This document shows, piece after piece, positions 52,907-62,534 of a DNA stretch of 64,000 nt (position 1 is the stretch's first letter; the number at the start of each line of letters is the position of its first letter). Under the pieces are notes generated by a model. The model searched no databases and was not told the DNA's origin. It saw nothing but the letters and a program-made list of their open reading frames with translations. This DNA is from a virus (taxonomy: Duplodnaviria; Caudoviricetes). The stretch covers positions 1 to 64,000 of the IMG/VR virus record IMGVR_UViG_2744054987_000003. One strand, written 5' to 3'. The position numbers were made by a program, and so were the translations under genes.

Positions 52907-53268
52907 GCGTTGACCTCTTTGATGCCGATGACGCTGGGGAATCCGCCCCACCAGCGGTAGCCGCCGGTGGTGATGTCGTAGGTCTTGCCGACCTCGATGA
53001 CCGACCAGCGGTCGTAGGACTGCCAACCCCCGGCGATGGTGTCATCGACCGCGAACACCCCGCAGCTGGTGGACACCAGCTTCTGGTAACTGGTGTGGGT
53101 GTCACCGTCGGATCCCGAGACGTGCTGGCGCTGTTCTTTGTTGGTGACCGTGCAGTTGCGGTGGGTCTTTTGGTTCATCGTCGAGCAGCCCGCGCTGAGC
53201 ACCACGAAGGCCAGCATGGTCGCCAGCGCCAGCGCGATGAACGCCCGGCGGCAGTACGTATCACTCAA
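52903..53268 (-). CDS. Putative lipoprotein
   Basis: Lipobox LSAGC; CTV-x-x-K...T-x-CG-x-F...G-x-TY-x-I-x-T-x-G-x-R. Confidence 0.65.
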   Translation of the reverse strand: MSDTYCRRAFIALALATMLAFVVLSAGCSTMNQKTHRNCTVTNKEQRQHVSGSDGDTHTSYQKLVSTSCGVFAVDDTIAGGWQSYDRWSVIEVGKTYDITTGGYRWWGGFPSVIGIKEVNA

Positions 53269-53692
53269 CACGGACCCCCTTCGCATTTGGTGCAGAGCAC
53301 CTTGCCGAAACCGAAGTGCAGAGCATCCTGGTTGGCCAACATGAGGCGGGTGACGACCAGGCCACAGCCGCAGGTGCCGACGACCTCGCGATCTTCTTGA
53401 CGGCGGCGCTGCTGTTGTTTGGCGATGCCTTTACGATGGGTTTCGCGGCTCATGGCTGGCGGTTCTTCCTGCGGCTGACAAACCAGCGCGGCCAGCGAGA
53501 GAGTTTCACGGGCGGGATCATGCGCGGTGCCTTCCTTGGTAGTCGGCGTCGGGGGTACGAACGATCTGGACTCCCGACAGCGCCAGGCCGTGTCGTCGGC
53601 GCAAGTGAAAAGCACTGTCGTAGCGCAGTCGCATGAGCGTGTTGCCCGCACCGATGATGGCCACGCTCACAACACCCCGAGTCCGGCCAGGA

Positions 53693-54028
53693 TCATGAGC
53701 GCAGGTCTCGCTTCCCAGCCATCCACGGGTGATCGTCGGGCAGGTCGACCGGATGGATGTTGACCTCCTCGACCTGATCGGCATACGCCGGATCTGACAC
53801 CAGATTCATCAGGCGCGGACAGCCGGGGTCGTGCAGGGTTTCGACGGCGTTGACCGGAACGTCAGCGCTCAGACCGAGATGCTCGACGAGTTCTTGCGCG
53901 CAATCCCCGCACAGCTCGGCGTCGTGAAAGTATTTGACCAGCGACGGGTAGGTCTGAATCTTGACGTCGCGGCGCGCACAGTCCGGGCAGATGTTGAGTT
54001 CTTTGATCTCGCCGTAGCTCAGGATCAT
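53693..54028 (-). CDS. Zn-finger hypothetical protein
   Basis: CPDC, CGDC. Confidence 0.5.
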   Translation of the reverse strand: MILSYGEIKELNICPDCARRDVKIQTYPSLVKYFHDAELCGDCAQELVEHLGLSADVPVNAVETLHDPGCPRLMNLVSDPAYADQVEEVNIHPVDLPDDHPWMAGKRDLRS

Positions 54029-54345
54029 TGAGTGCCTTCCCGTGAAGCGGAAACGGAATCGGTGTAGAACCAGGCGACATACAGCTCGCCTTGGCGTACT
54101 GCGGCACGAAAACCTTGATCTCCGCGCAGAGCTGCGGGTGCCAGCCTGGAGCCGTTATTGATGGCTGCGGCCACGGTGCGTTTGGAGTTGACCTTCAGTT
54201 CGTGCGGATACTTGGCCCACCGGCCGGGGGAGGAGCGCAGCGCGTCGGCGAAACGTGCGGTGGTCTTGTTGCCGCCCCGGCCCGCGTTGTTGTGTCGAGT
54301 CGGCTCGGGCAGCTCGTCGACGAACTCGAACTCGGCGCTGTTCAC
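54025..54345 (-). CDS. Probable DNA-binding protein
   Basis: FVDELP...LR-x-x-PGRWA...F-x-A-x-x-R-x-x-x-LYV. Confidence 0.55.
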   Translation of the reverse strand: MNSAEFEFVDELPEPTRHNNAGRGGNKTTARFADALRSSPGRWAKYPHELKVNSKRTVAAAINNGSRLAPAALRGDQGFRAAVRQGELYVAWFYTDSVSASREGTQ

Positions 54346-54968
54346 TCGTTGTCGTCCTCGCGAACGAAGTCGAGCAGCCGCTGACAGGCGTCCTCGACTT
54401 TCCGGCGTGCCCCGGCCCGCCAGCCCACCAGCATGTCGTCGAGGTCGGTGGCCAGCTGCACCAGACGTGGTGTGGGGGCGACAGCGACCTCGGTCTGCTT
54501 GTCGGAGCATTCGGTGGGACCGAACAGTGAAACGCCGTCGTCGAACGCTTGGGTCTGTGCGGCCAGTTCTGTCAGCCTGGACTTCATCCGCCGCAACGAA
54601 TCCTGGTCACGAGGTTTCAGCGGCAGCGTCTCCACCTTGCCCTGACTCACCGGCTCGGTCAGCTTGTAGCCGACCGGTGTCTTGACCGGCTCATCGTCAG
54701 GGTCTTCGGTCAGGGTCTCCATCTTGACCTCCTCGGAGGTGACATCGGAGTAGTCGGCACCGCTGCGCAGATAGCCGACACGTTCGGCGACGTCGATGTC
54801 AGTACCGAGCTTGGCGGGCGGATGATGCTCCTCGTAGAGCGCAGCGGCGAAGTTGCGCCACAGCTGTTTATGCTCGTCGGTCATGGCTTCCCAGGCCAGT
54901 GCGCCTTGGGGGACGAAGGTCGTGGTGTAGAGCCGGTAGATGCGCTTGGCAGAAACCCGCCTGATCAT
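54342..54968 (-). CDS. Hypothetical protein
   Basis: ATGA coupling. Confidence 0.55.
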   Translation of the reverse strand: MIRRVSAKRIYRLYTTTFVPQGALAWEAMTDEHKQLWRNFAAALYEEHHPPAKLGTDIDVAERVGYLRSGADYSDVTSEEVKMETLTEDPDDEPVKTPVGYKLTEPVSQGKVETLPLKPRDQDSLRRMKSRLTELAAQTQAFDDGVSLFGPTECSDKQTEVAVAPTPRLVQLATDLDDMLVGWRAGARRKVEDACQRLLDFVREDDNE

Positions 54969-55741
54969 GCGTGAGTCTTCTTCCTGGGCTTGGGCTGCTT
55001 CTTGAACTTCTCGGTGAGGTTGGGCTTGATGACTTTGATGCCCAGCTGTTCGGGAGATTTCAGTGGATGGCTGCGCCGGTTCCAGTCGGTGCGGGTGCCC
55101 ACCCGCCAAGCGGTGCGTCCCGGCAGTCGGGGATCGTCGTCGGTGCGCTTAGCGATGACCGGTTCGATGTCGGCGTGCTCGATGATGCTCGGCACGCTGT
55201 AGGCGGCTTTGAGTTTGAAGCGATGCATCCAGGCGCTGATGCGTTCATCGACAGGCCGGGTGTCACCACGGAAGGTACGGACCTGCGCCAGCAGACCCAG
55301 ATGCTCGGGGCGCATCGCATACGCGGTCGCTGACAGCAACGGTTTACCGATCAGCCAGCAGGTGTCGGCGGTAGGAAGTGTGGTCAATGCTCGGGCGATC
55401 GAAGGCTGCCAGTGCGGGGGCCGCATCCGCCCGAGGTAAAACGATGCGATGCTGGCGGTCTTCGGCAGGTGTGCCAGCGCATGCCGTGCCTGGTCGATGA
55501 AGTCTTCGGTGGGCACCATGTCGTCTTCGACGATCAGAGCGTAATCGGCTGACGAGTCTTTGAGGTAGTTCCATGCCTGGGCGTGATTGAACTCCGCGCC
55601 TTTGAGATTGTTGTCCCAGCAGACAGCGTCTGCGCGCAGAGCCTCGGCGAGCCTGTTAGCGCGGTCTTTGCGTCGCGGGTGTGCGATCACAGCGACATCC
55701 ACTGTGGGGAGTCGCTTGGTTCCGCTGGTTCCGCGATTCAA
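54965..55741 (-). CDS. Glycosyltransferase (GT-A fold)
   Basis: IAHP-x-R, NH-x-x-AW, IVEDD, SFYLG, D-x-x-I, PS-x-x-EH-x-D. Confidence 0.78.
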   Translation of the reverse strand: MNRGTSGTKRLPTVDVAVIAHPRRKDRANRLAEALRADAVCWDNNLKGAEFNHAQAWNYLKDSSADYALIVEDDMVPTEDFIDQARHALAHLPKTASIASFYLGRMRPPHWQPSIARALTTLPTADTCWLIGKPLLSATAYAMRPEHLGLLAQVRTFRGDTRPVDERISAWMHRFKLKAAYSVPSIIEHADIEPVIAKRTDDDPRLPGRTAWRVGTRTDWNRRSHPLKSPEQLGIKVIKPNLTEKFKKQPKPRKKTHA

Positions 55742-55870
55742 AGGTTTGACCTATCCGTTGTATTGCAGAAATGTCAAGTTTGTTGGTCATATGCTAGCAC
55801 GATATTAGAGCTACATGCAATATAAGGAAAGAGGGATGCTGGATGACGGGAATGCAAGTCTAGCGCATGT

Positions 55871-56317
55871 CTAATCGTCAGTGGTGGTTGTCGAAGATGG
55901 AGGTACAAGCATCTCGATGATTTGTGCCAGTGCAATGACTGCCTGGACGGGTTGACCCATGTGCGCCAGATCGCGGGCGTTGGCCAGAACGTAGCCGATG
56001 TGCTCGCGGGCAGCGGGGTCGATCGTCAACACTTCAGCGTTGGCGCGGCGGGTCGTCGACGGCTCGGGTGCGGCATGACGTGGGGCGTGTTCGTTGGGCA
56101 CCAGGTTCTGTGAGTACGCGGCGCGACGTGTCACACAGTTGCGGTGGACGCGGCGAGGCAGCGGGAAGTCGGGGTCGAGCTGCCAGGCATCACCGTCCTG
56201 GATGCCCGTGCTGCATTCGGGGCAGATGTCGTTGATGCTGGGGGCAACGGCATGAACGATGCCTTGATCGAGGTCGCCGACACGGTTCTTGTCGAGCTGC
56301 TTATCTTCGTCACTCAT
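55871..56317 (-). CDS. Hypothetical protein (CxxC...HxxC)
   Basis: ORF with RBS. Confidence 0.5.
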   Translation of the reverse strand: MSDEDKQLDKNRVGDLDQGIVHAVAPSINDICPECSTGIQDGDAWQLDPDFPLPRRVHRNCVTRRAAYSQNLVPNEHAPRHAAPEPSTTRRANAEVLTIDPAAREHIGYVLANARDLAHMGQPVQAVIALAQIIEMLVPPSSTTTTDD

Positions 56318-56460
56318 GGGGTGCCCTTCGAGGGGAACGAGAAGAGTTCAATGATCTGGGTGGACTCGCAGCCGCAATGTTTGCAGCCGGAGGTGAGGCC
56401 CTGATGGTGGGAGATGTAGCCGCACTCCAGGCAGCGGACATCGTTGTTGGAGCCGGTCAT

Positions 56461-56844
56461 TCAGTAGCCCCTCGCCTTCTCTTTGAGATCGGAGATGTGA
56501 GCGACCAGGGCACGGATCAGGATCTCCTGCGTCTGGTAGGTGTCTTCGGCGAGCGGGTCGATCTGGTTGATGATCTCGGTGAAACGATCCACGAGCTGCT
56601 GGCGTACCGGGTGGGCGGCGATCACTTCTTCGGCTACCTGATTAGCCACCCGATTGACCGCCATCTCGAACTGCTCTTGCAGCGGGGTCTTCGACGTGCT
56701 GTTGTAGCGGTCCCTGCTTGATGTCATCAGATGCTTAAGCGCACCCTCAATCAGTGTTTCCTTGGTCTGCGCCGACAGCGAATCGAGGATCGCTTTGTTG
56801 AGGATGCTGGACAGTTCGTCGACGGGAATCATCAGTTCGCTCAT
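56461..56844 (-). CDS. Hypothetical protein
   Basis: TGATG coupling. Confidence 0.55.
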   Translation of the reverse strand: MSELMIPVDELSSILNKAILDSLSAQTKETLIEGALKHLMTSSRDRYNSTSKTPLQEQFEMAVNRVANQVAEEVIAAHPVRQQLVDRFTEIINQIDPLAEDTYQTQEILIRALVAHISDLKEKARGY

Positions 56845-57422
56845 CAGTTGGTCAGCACTCCTCGGATGTCGGGGGCGATGTACTGGTCAGGCTTCTGGAC
56901 TTTGCCCGCAGCATCCTTGATCGGCAGTCCCTCGCCGATGACTTTGGACAGGTTGGATTTGACGACCTGCGCGGCAGCAGCTTTGGCTTTGTCGGGGCCG
57001 ACGTAGGCCAGCAGGGTTCCCCAAGCGACCACGATGACATCGAGCAGCCCGTCAACGACTTCAATGAGGTCGTTTTCGATCTCGGCCTGCCGGTACTCGA
57101 AGAATTCTTCGTGGAGCAGGTTGCGGCGCAGACGGCGTAGGTCGTTGCTCCAATGTCCGGGGAAGCCGACCTCATCGAGCTGTCGGGCCTTCTCCATGAA
57201 CAGCTGTGTGCCGTCGAGAATGTTGGGCAGTGCATCCTCGCGCCCCTCACGCATGACCAGATCGAGCAGCTCCTGCTGCGCCGCCTCCTTGGCCTGTGCT
57301 TCGGAAGCGAAGCCTGCGAGAGCGACCTGACGCCCCTTCAGTGAGGCAGTGCAGCCGAAGGTATTGCCGTAGGTGGGGTAGGTGATGGAGGTGAAACTGT
57401 CCTGATCACCTGCTGAACACAT
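56844..57422 (-). CDS. MazG-like / PRA-PH NTP pyrophosphohydrolase
   Basis: LR-x-x-LL-x-EE-x-x-E...EVVDGLLD...SNLSK...GKV-x-KP. Confidence 0.82.
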   Translation of the reverse strand: MCSAGDQDSFTSITYPTYGNTFGCTASLKGRQVALAGFASEAQAKEAAQQELLDLVMREGREDALPNILDGTQLFMEKARQLDEVGFPGHWSNDLRRLRRNLLHEEFFEYRQAEIENDLIEVVDGLLDVIVVAWGTLLAYVGPDKAKAAAAQVVKSNLSKVIGEGLPIKDAAGKVQKPDQYIAPDIRGVLTN

Positions 57423-57460
57423 GCTGTTCCTGACGCTGTAGGTTTGTTGGACTTACTCTA

Positions 57461-57976
57461 TCACACCGTCGGACGGTTTTTCCACCAAAATCGTCCAATG
57501 ACCTCGCCTTTCCACGTCTCGCAGCCAGGCAACTGTTCGGCCATCTCGTCGAAGTCCCATTGGTACAGATGGGTCTCGTGAATGTTGCCTTCCAGCTCGC
57601 CCTGGGGATAGTCGATGATGGGCACCGACACCATGATTTCGTCGGCCAGTGAGCGTGCGCGGTCCAGGAACAGCGCCGCCTCGAAGCGGGGAAGATGCTC
57701 GATGACGTCTCCGGCCAGCAGCACAAAGCGTTCAGTAGGCAGCTGGTAATCGCGCAGATCGCTGACGTGGACTTCGTCGTACTTACTGTGCAGCTGGTAG
57801 CGCTCGACGTACGGCTCGAAGATATCCACCGCGATCCAGTGCCGAGTGGGCAGATGGTCGCGCGCCAGCATGCTGTAGGTGCCTTCGCCCGCGCCGAGAT
57901 CGACGATGGTGGGCGCGGTGGTCTGCTTGAGGTGCTCCAGCACCCAGTCACGACCTTCAGGATGAGAACCGGGCAT
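57461..57976 (-). CDS. Class I SAM-dependent methyltransferase
   Basis: IVDLGAGEG, AVDIF, GDVIEH. Confidence 0.85.
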   Translation of the reverse strand: MPGSHPEGRDWVLEHLKQTTAPTIVDLGAGEGTYSMLARDHLPTRHWIAVDIFEPYVERYQLHSKYDEVHVSDLRDYQLPTERFVLLAGDVIEHLPRFEAALFLDRARSLADEIMVSVPIIDYPQGELEGNIHETHLYQWDFDEMAEQLPGCETWKGEVIGRFWWKNRPTV

Positions 57977-58688
57977 CGCCTTGCACCTTCCGTAGGGAAC
58001 ACTCGCATGTAGCTTCGTTGGCGTAGCGCTTCCACAGCTCATGGTTGGCCCGCCACTGCGGGTCCATCATGCGGGTGATCTTGTCAGCGCTGGGGTGCCA
58101 CAAATGGAACGCTGCGCCCTCGATGCGCAACGGGCTGCCGCCGAGGATGGTGGCAGCGTGAGCGAAGGCGTTGTCTTCGCAGCCCCAGCCGATGAACCGT
58201 TCATCGAAACCCCCGACGCGATCCCACAGCTTGCGCGGCACGACCAACATCGAGGACTGCGTCTCGATCTCGGCGGTGCGCACACGCTCAACGTCCGGCC
58301 AGACGCGGTCGCCGTTGGTCTCCACCAGCCGCTTGGTGTAGTGCTCGCTCAGTTCGATAACGCTGGTGAAGGCGAAGGCCAGCCTGCCTGTGCGCCGCGC
58401 CAGGATGACGGCGTCGTCGAGCTGATGCGACGGCACCCACGTGTCCGCGTCGGCGATGACCGCCACGTCCCAGTCGTCGGGCTGCTGAAGGTCTGCTCTG
58501 TGTGCCATCGTGTTGATGGCGCTGCTGCGGCTGAAGACCGTCTCTGGTGGGTTGTCGAGACTGCTGTGTCCTGCGAAAACGGTGTAGTCGTTGCGCAGTT
58601 GCGCCCAGTAGGTGGCTTTGAGGTAGGTCCAAATGTCGTCACGCCAGCCATTGTCGCCACGATAGGGGACCAGAACAGGAATCATCAC
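57957..58688 (-). CDS. Glycosyltransferase (GT2/GT7 galactosyltransferase-like)
   Basis: VPYR, FSRS-x-AIN, DAD, GGFDERF-x-GWG-x-ED, HLWH. Confidence 0.87.
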   Translation of the reverse strand: MMIPVLVPYRGDNGWRDDIWTYLKATYWAQLRNDYTVFAGHSSLDNPPETVFSRSSAINTMAHRADLQQPDDWDVAVIADADTWVPSHQLDDAVILARRTGRLAFAFTSVIELSEHYTKRLVETNGDRVWPDVERVRTAEIETQSSMLVVPRKLWDRVGGFDERFIGWGCEDNAFAHAATILGGSPLRIEGAAFHLWHPSADKITRMMDPQWRANHELWKRYANEATCECSLRKVQGDARFSS

Positions 58689-59074
58689 AAACGCTTGACG
58701 TTGGCAATGATCTCGCCAGGCACGTTAGCCACCTGGTAGTTCCCGCCGTTCGCAGCCCAGTAAAGAACGCTGCCTTCAGGAGCATTGCCATTAGTGGGAT
58801 TTGCTGTGAAGTATGCAACATTGTCCATGTTGATGTAGAGCAATCCAGGAGGTGCCCCCAACCAGCCTGCCGTGAAGGCCAGCCAATTTCCATCGTTGAT
58901 GAGATTGACAACCTCTGAGGGCACCTCCGTGACGTAGATCAGATCGTCGCCGCCGGTGGTGTTGTTCTGCAAAACGCTACCGCCGCCAGCGGAGGGCGGC
59001 GCAATCTGAAATAGGTTGGCGCTGTTGACATACACAGGCGCTCCAGTCGTCCTGTCAGTCAGAGTAATCCACAT
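58685..59074 (-). CDS. Hypothetical protein with two tandem FlbD-like repeats
   Basis: WI-x-LT...YVN...GSVL...V-x-E-x-P-x-EV occurs twice. Confidence 0.55.
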   Translation of the reverse strand: MWITLTDRTTGAPVYVNSANLFQIAPPSAGGGSVLQNNTTGGDDLIYVTEVPSEVVNLINDGNWLAFTAGWLGAPPGLLYINMDNVAYFTANPTNGNAPEGSVLYWAANGGNYQVANVPGEIIANVKRL

Positions 59075-59075
59075 T

Positions 59076-59792
59076 TCAATACAACCTCTCTGTTGTGTTG
59101 GGAACCAGATGCCCACCAGACGCCATGTACTTGCGCAGCTCGTCTGGCTTGCCTTGCAACGCACGCACCTTGTCGCGTACTTCCGCATTTATGGCAGCGT
59201 AAATCTCACAAGTAGGGTCAACCGTCAGCCCTCGCGGATGCCACAGGTGCATGGCGCTGCCTTGCATGTATTCGATACCTGCGGTGAAGGTCCGCAGCAT
59301 GACGGCCATGACATCGTCTTCGTAGCCCCAGCCCCGCAACTCCGCGAAGCCGCCTACTTGGTCGTATGCCTTACGCGACAGCGCCATCACGCCTGATGCG
59401 TGGTCGTGCATGACGGCCCAGTCCTCTGTCTGCGGCGCAACGAAGAAGTTGCCTTCTTGCATCAGGCGATCACTGGAGAACTGATCGAGGTACATGTAAG
59501 CGCTGTAGGGGAAGACGCAGCCGCCAGTCTCATGCGCTCGGCGCACAGCTGCTTCAAGCATCTGCGGGTCACTGATGTTATCGGCGTCGTGGAACACAGC
59601 GACATCCCACTCACCTGCCGACCGAGCGGCGTTGTTGCGCGCCGCGCCCCGATTGAATGTTCCCGGCTCACTATCGCCTTCATAGATCATCCAGTCACGG
59701 TGGTGGCGGCGCAGCCAGCCTTCGACGAAGCACCACAGCTCGTCTCGCCGTCCGCCGTCACCTCTGCGCGGCACCAGTATGACGACCCTCAT
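59076..59792 (-). CDS. Glycosyltransferase (GT2/GT7-like), paralogue
   Basis: VPRR, FNRGAARN, DAD, GGF-x-x-x-x-GWGYED, HLWH. Confidence 0.87.
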   Translation of the reverse strand: MRVVILVPRRGDGGRRDELWCFVEGWLRRHHRDWMIYEGDSEPGTFNRGAARNNAARSAGEWDVAVFHDADNISDPQMLEAAVRRAHETGGCVFPYSAYMYLDQFSSDRLMQEGNFFVAPQTEDWAVMHDHASGVMALSRKAYDQVGGFAELRGWGYEDDVMAVMLRTFTAGIEYMQGSAMHLWHPRGLTVDPTCEIYAAINAEVRDKVRALQGKPDELRKYMASGGHLVPNTTERLY

Positions 59793-60427
59793 GTCTGCCC
59801 CAGGTCGAAAAGCGCGAGTTCGTGATTGCTTCCGCCGGGGAACTCAGGAACACCCTCAATCCTCCCGGCCAGACTGAAAGGTGCTGCTTCCAGGTTGATG
59901 GGGCGGCAGTAGTATCCCGGCAGGTTCTCGTCACCGCCGTCGAGCGGGCAACTCGCGTCGTTGGGTGCGCCGGGGTAGTGAGTTGCCGCCAGGTAGCGAC
60001 TGCCGCTGGCCTTGAACTTCTCCAACACAAGAGTGATGCACTCGTTCGGGAGATGAATCATGAAGTCGCGGCACAGGATCAGGTCCACCTTCGGCACGGA
60101 ATCGACGGTCAGCAGGTTGACGACAGAAAGGTTGCAGTCGGGGAAGCGTGCGCGGTTGTGGTCGATGATAAAGGGTTCGACATCCCAGCCGGTGTAGTCG
60201 ATACCCGTCAGGTCGACGTGCTGAATCCAGTTGCGGTCTCCGCATGGCGCATCCAGCATCGTCTTGATGCCGTACCGCTCAAAAATAGAGGGCAGCCAGT
60301 CGCGGATGGGCTTGGTCAGCCCTACCTTGGAACCCCACCCGCTGTAGGTCTCGCTGCCATGGACCTCAAAGCGGTCGAGGTATGTCGTCCATGCCGTCGC
60401 CTGCCGTTCGATGAATCCTTTATCCAT
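59789..60427 (-). CDS. Class I SAM-dependent methyltransferase
   Basis: SG-x-GS, LDAPCGD-x-NW, Y-x-G-x-D, DLILCRD-x-x-x-HL, NL-x-x-x-PF. Confidence 0.85.
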   Translation of the reverse strand: MDKGFIERQATAWTTYLDRFEVHGSETYSGWGSKVGLTKPIRDWLPSIFERYGIKTMLDAPCGDRNWIQHVDLTGIDYTGWDVEPFIIDHNRARFPDCNLSVVNLLTVDSVPKVDLILCRDFMIHLPNECITLVLEKFKASGSRYLAATHYPGAPNDASCPLDGGDENLPGYYCRPINLEAAPFSLAGRIEGVPEFPGGSNHELALFDLGQT

Positions 60428-61025
60428 TGTCTGTCCTCCAACTGTGGTGCCAGAGGTGGACTCCGAACGCCCACGGGTTCGATCCCCTGATCCGGTCGAG
60501 GTCGGTGATCAACGCTTTGTGGGTGTAATGCACGGGGTAGAACACACCCGGTGGCAGCAGCAGCATGTCGTCGCGGCCCTTGAAGACCTCGGTGGTGACG
60601 CCGACACCGGCCTCCCAGGTGCCCAGCGACTGGCGTGCGACCGCCAGTCCGAGTACCTGAGCCAGTGCGGGGTGTCCCGGCGCGAAGCCCATGACGGCGT
60701 TGGGGATGGCGCGATCGTCCTCCCAGGCGGCGAAGGCCCCGCAGGAGACCAGCGTGTCGAATGACTTCCAGCACAGGTAGTCCGAGTCGATGTAGACGCC
60801 GCCGTTGTGGTAGAGGTATTCAGCGCGTACAAGGTCGGCGAGCTGTGCTCCGGTCTGGCAGTTGTCCCAGTGCGGTGAGGTGATCGGGAAGCCGTCACGG
60901 TCGATGGGATCGCGCAGCGTCACCCACTCCCACTCGGGGTGCAGACCAGTGGCGATGCGCCAGAGTTCTTCGGTCTCCTCGCTGGTGTGCTCGGGCACAG
61001 TGCGGACCAGGGTGCGAGGGATCAT
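60420..61025 (-). CDS. Glycosyltransferase (GT32, DXD)
   Basis: MIPR, LHP-x-W, ADLVR-x-x-x-LY-x-x-GGVYIDSD, FYP, HLW-x-x-SW. Confidence 0.88.
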   Translation of the reverse strand: MIPRTLVRTVPEHTSEETEELWRIATGLHPEWEWVTLRDPIDRDGFPITSPHWDNCQTGAQLADLVRAEYLYHNGGVYIDSDYLCWKSFDTLVSCGAFAAWEDDRAIPNAVMGFAPGHPALAQVLGLAVARQSLGTWEAGVGVTTEVFKGRDDMLLLPPGVFYPVHYTHKALITDLDRIRGSNPWAFGVHLWHHSWRTDNG

Positions 61026-61384
61026 TGTGCGGTCCCGTAGTTGATGACCGGAATGCCTGCGCGCTTGGCCTCTCTCATGCAATGACGGGTGCCACGACTA
61101 GGCCCTAAAGGGAACGCAAGGCAGACATCAGCGCCCAGCTCAACCATGGCCTTGTTGCGCAAACGACCAGCCGCCCGCCCGTACTTCTCCCACTGCGCCG
61201 GGTATGCCTCAGTGGGCAAGTCCAGCTCCTCACACACACGATCGGCTATGTCGTCCGCACCACGAGCACCGCCATGAATGATTACAACATCGTCGGCGTC
61301 TTGGATGGCCTCGCGAATAGCTTGAAGCACCGCGTCGTAGTCAGGCCAGTCGCGGCTTCCAGTCACCAGGATTCGCTTCGTCAC
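61022..61384 (-). CDS. YspA/SLOG-family protein (DUF2493)
   Basis: ILVTGSR, HGGARGAD, A-x-W-x-x-YGRAAG-x-x-RN-x-x-M, S-x-GT. Confidence 0.87.
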   Translation of the reverse strand: MTKRILVTGSRDWPDYDAVLQAIREAIQDADDVVIIHGGARGADDIADRVCEELDLPTEAYPAQWEKYGRAAGRLRNKAMVELGADVCLAFPLGPSRGTRHCMREAKRAGIPVINYGTAQ

Positions 61385-61540
61385 GTTAACGCCCACTTTT
61401 CCGATGCTGATCCACTGCCTCCGCGCAGTGGTTGCAAAACCAGTCGGGGGAGCCGTTGACGACGCGCAGCATGGTGCCCACACGCGGGCAGTCACGCCCG
61501 GCGCAACTAGCTTTGCGCTTCTTGTCGGAGTAGCGGGACA

Positions 61541-61897
61541 CTAGGGAGTGGAGTTGCTGTTCAAGGCGGCCAGCGCTTCGTTGGCCAGCTCGACGATCTT
61601 GGCCTCGAATACTTCTTCGGCGATGCGCCGGACGTCGGCAGACGTCAGCGGCGACATCTGGACGGTGGGGATGGCGGGCGGCACAGCACTCTTGAGGTAC
61701 TTGTCCCAGTCCTCGGCGGGGTCCGACAGATCAACCTCACCCATCGAGCAGTCCAGGCACTCATGTTCCTGCTCGTAGAGCGCCAGCAAGTCCTCGGAAG
61801 TGAGGGATGCAGGCTGCATGTCGCGGTAGGGCGAATACATCCACCCGGTCAGCACGTCGGCACACCGATCCACGAACTGCGATAAACGCGACACCAT
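61541..61897 (-). CDS. Hypothetical protein
   Basis: GGAG RBS before ATG 61897. Confidence 0.5.
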   Translation of the reverse strand: MVSRLSQFVDRCADVLTGWMYSPYRDMQPASLTSEDLLALYEQEHECLDCSMGEVDLSDPAEDWDKYLKSAVPPAIPTVQMSPLTSADVRRIAEEVFEAKIVELANEALAALNSNSTP

Positions 61898-61901
61898 TCT
61901 C

Positions 61902-62048
61902 CTATGTGCAGGGTTTTGTGAACTTGCGCCACTGCTCGAAGACGCTGGCGAATCCGAAGGCGGCGGCACGTTGGTGAAGAACCTCATTGATGTAGGGCGG
62001 AAGCGGCGGATTCTCACCGAGAGGTTGGTCTTCATCTGCGAGCGCCAT
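61902..62048 (-). CDS. 48-aa protein after a late-type motif
   Basis: GGAGG RBS; CCTAATGAGTAGG at 62071-62083. Confidence 0.45.
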   Translation of the reverse strand: MALADEDQPLGENPPLPPYINEVLHQRAAAFGFASVFEQWRKFTKPCT

Positions 62049-62084
62049 GGCTGCCTCCGCTGTGAGAGTTCCTACTCATTAGGG

Positions 62085-62534
62085 CTAGATGATTAGCTTC
62101 TTTATAGGGTCGTCCCGCTTGGAACCATCCTCGCGGATGAAGCCTCCATCGCCGTTGAGCAGACCCGAGGTGATCTCGTGCTTCTGACGTTCGTGGTCGT
62201 ATTCGGGGAGCTTGTCGGTGCGCGCTACCACAACGACTTTGGGGTTCCAGTAGAGGTTCTTGTCGTCGGGATCATCGCTGACGTTGGGACTGAAATTGTC
62301 CGGGTTGTTCTCGTCCTCCCAGGTCCACAGAACATCCACCACCAAGCCGATCTCGGCGCAGCGCTCGCGTGCCTCCTCGGCGAAGGTGCGTTTGACTGCG
62401 TCCTCCTGGTCGACAGTGAGCACACCCCTGAACGAATGGCGCTGCATGAGCGCGGCGACGATGCCGCGAAGCGCCTTCTTCTCGCTGTCATAAAGCTCGG
62501 CTACCTCGTGCCCGATAGGCGGCGGCGTTCCCAT
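62085..62534 (-). CDS. Hypothetical protein
   Basis: GGAG RBS; YDHER-x-x-HE. Confidence 0.6.
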   Translation of the reverse strand: MGTPPPIGHEVAELYDSEKKALRGIVAALMQRHSFRGVLTVDQEDAVKRTFAEEARERCAEIGLVVDVLWTWEDENNPDNFSPNVSDDPDDKNLYWNPKVVVVARTDKLPEYDHERQKHEITSGLLNGDGGFIREDGSKRDDPIKKLII

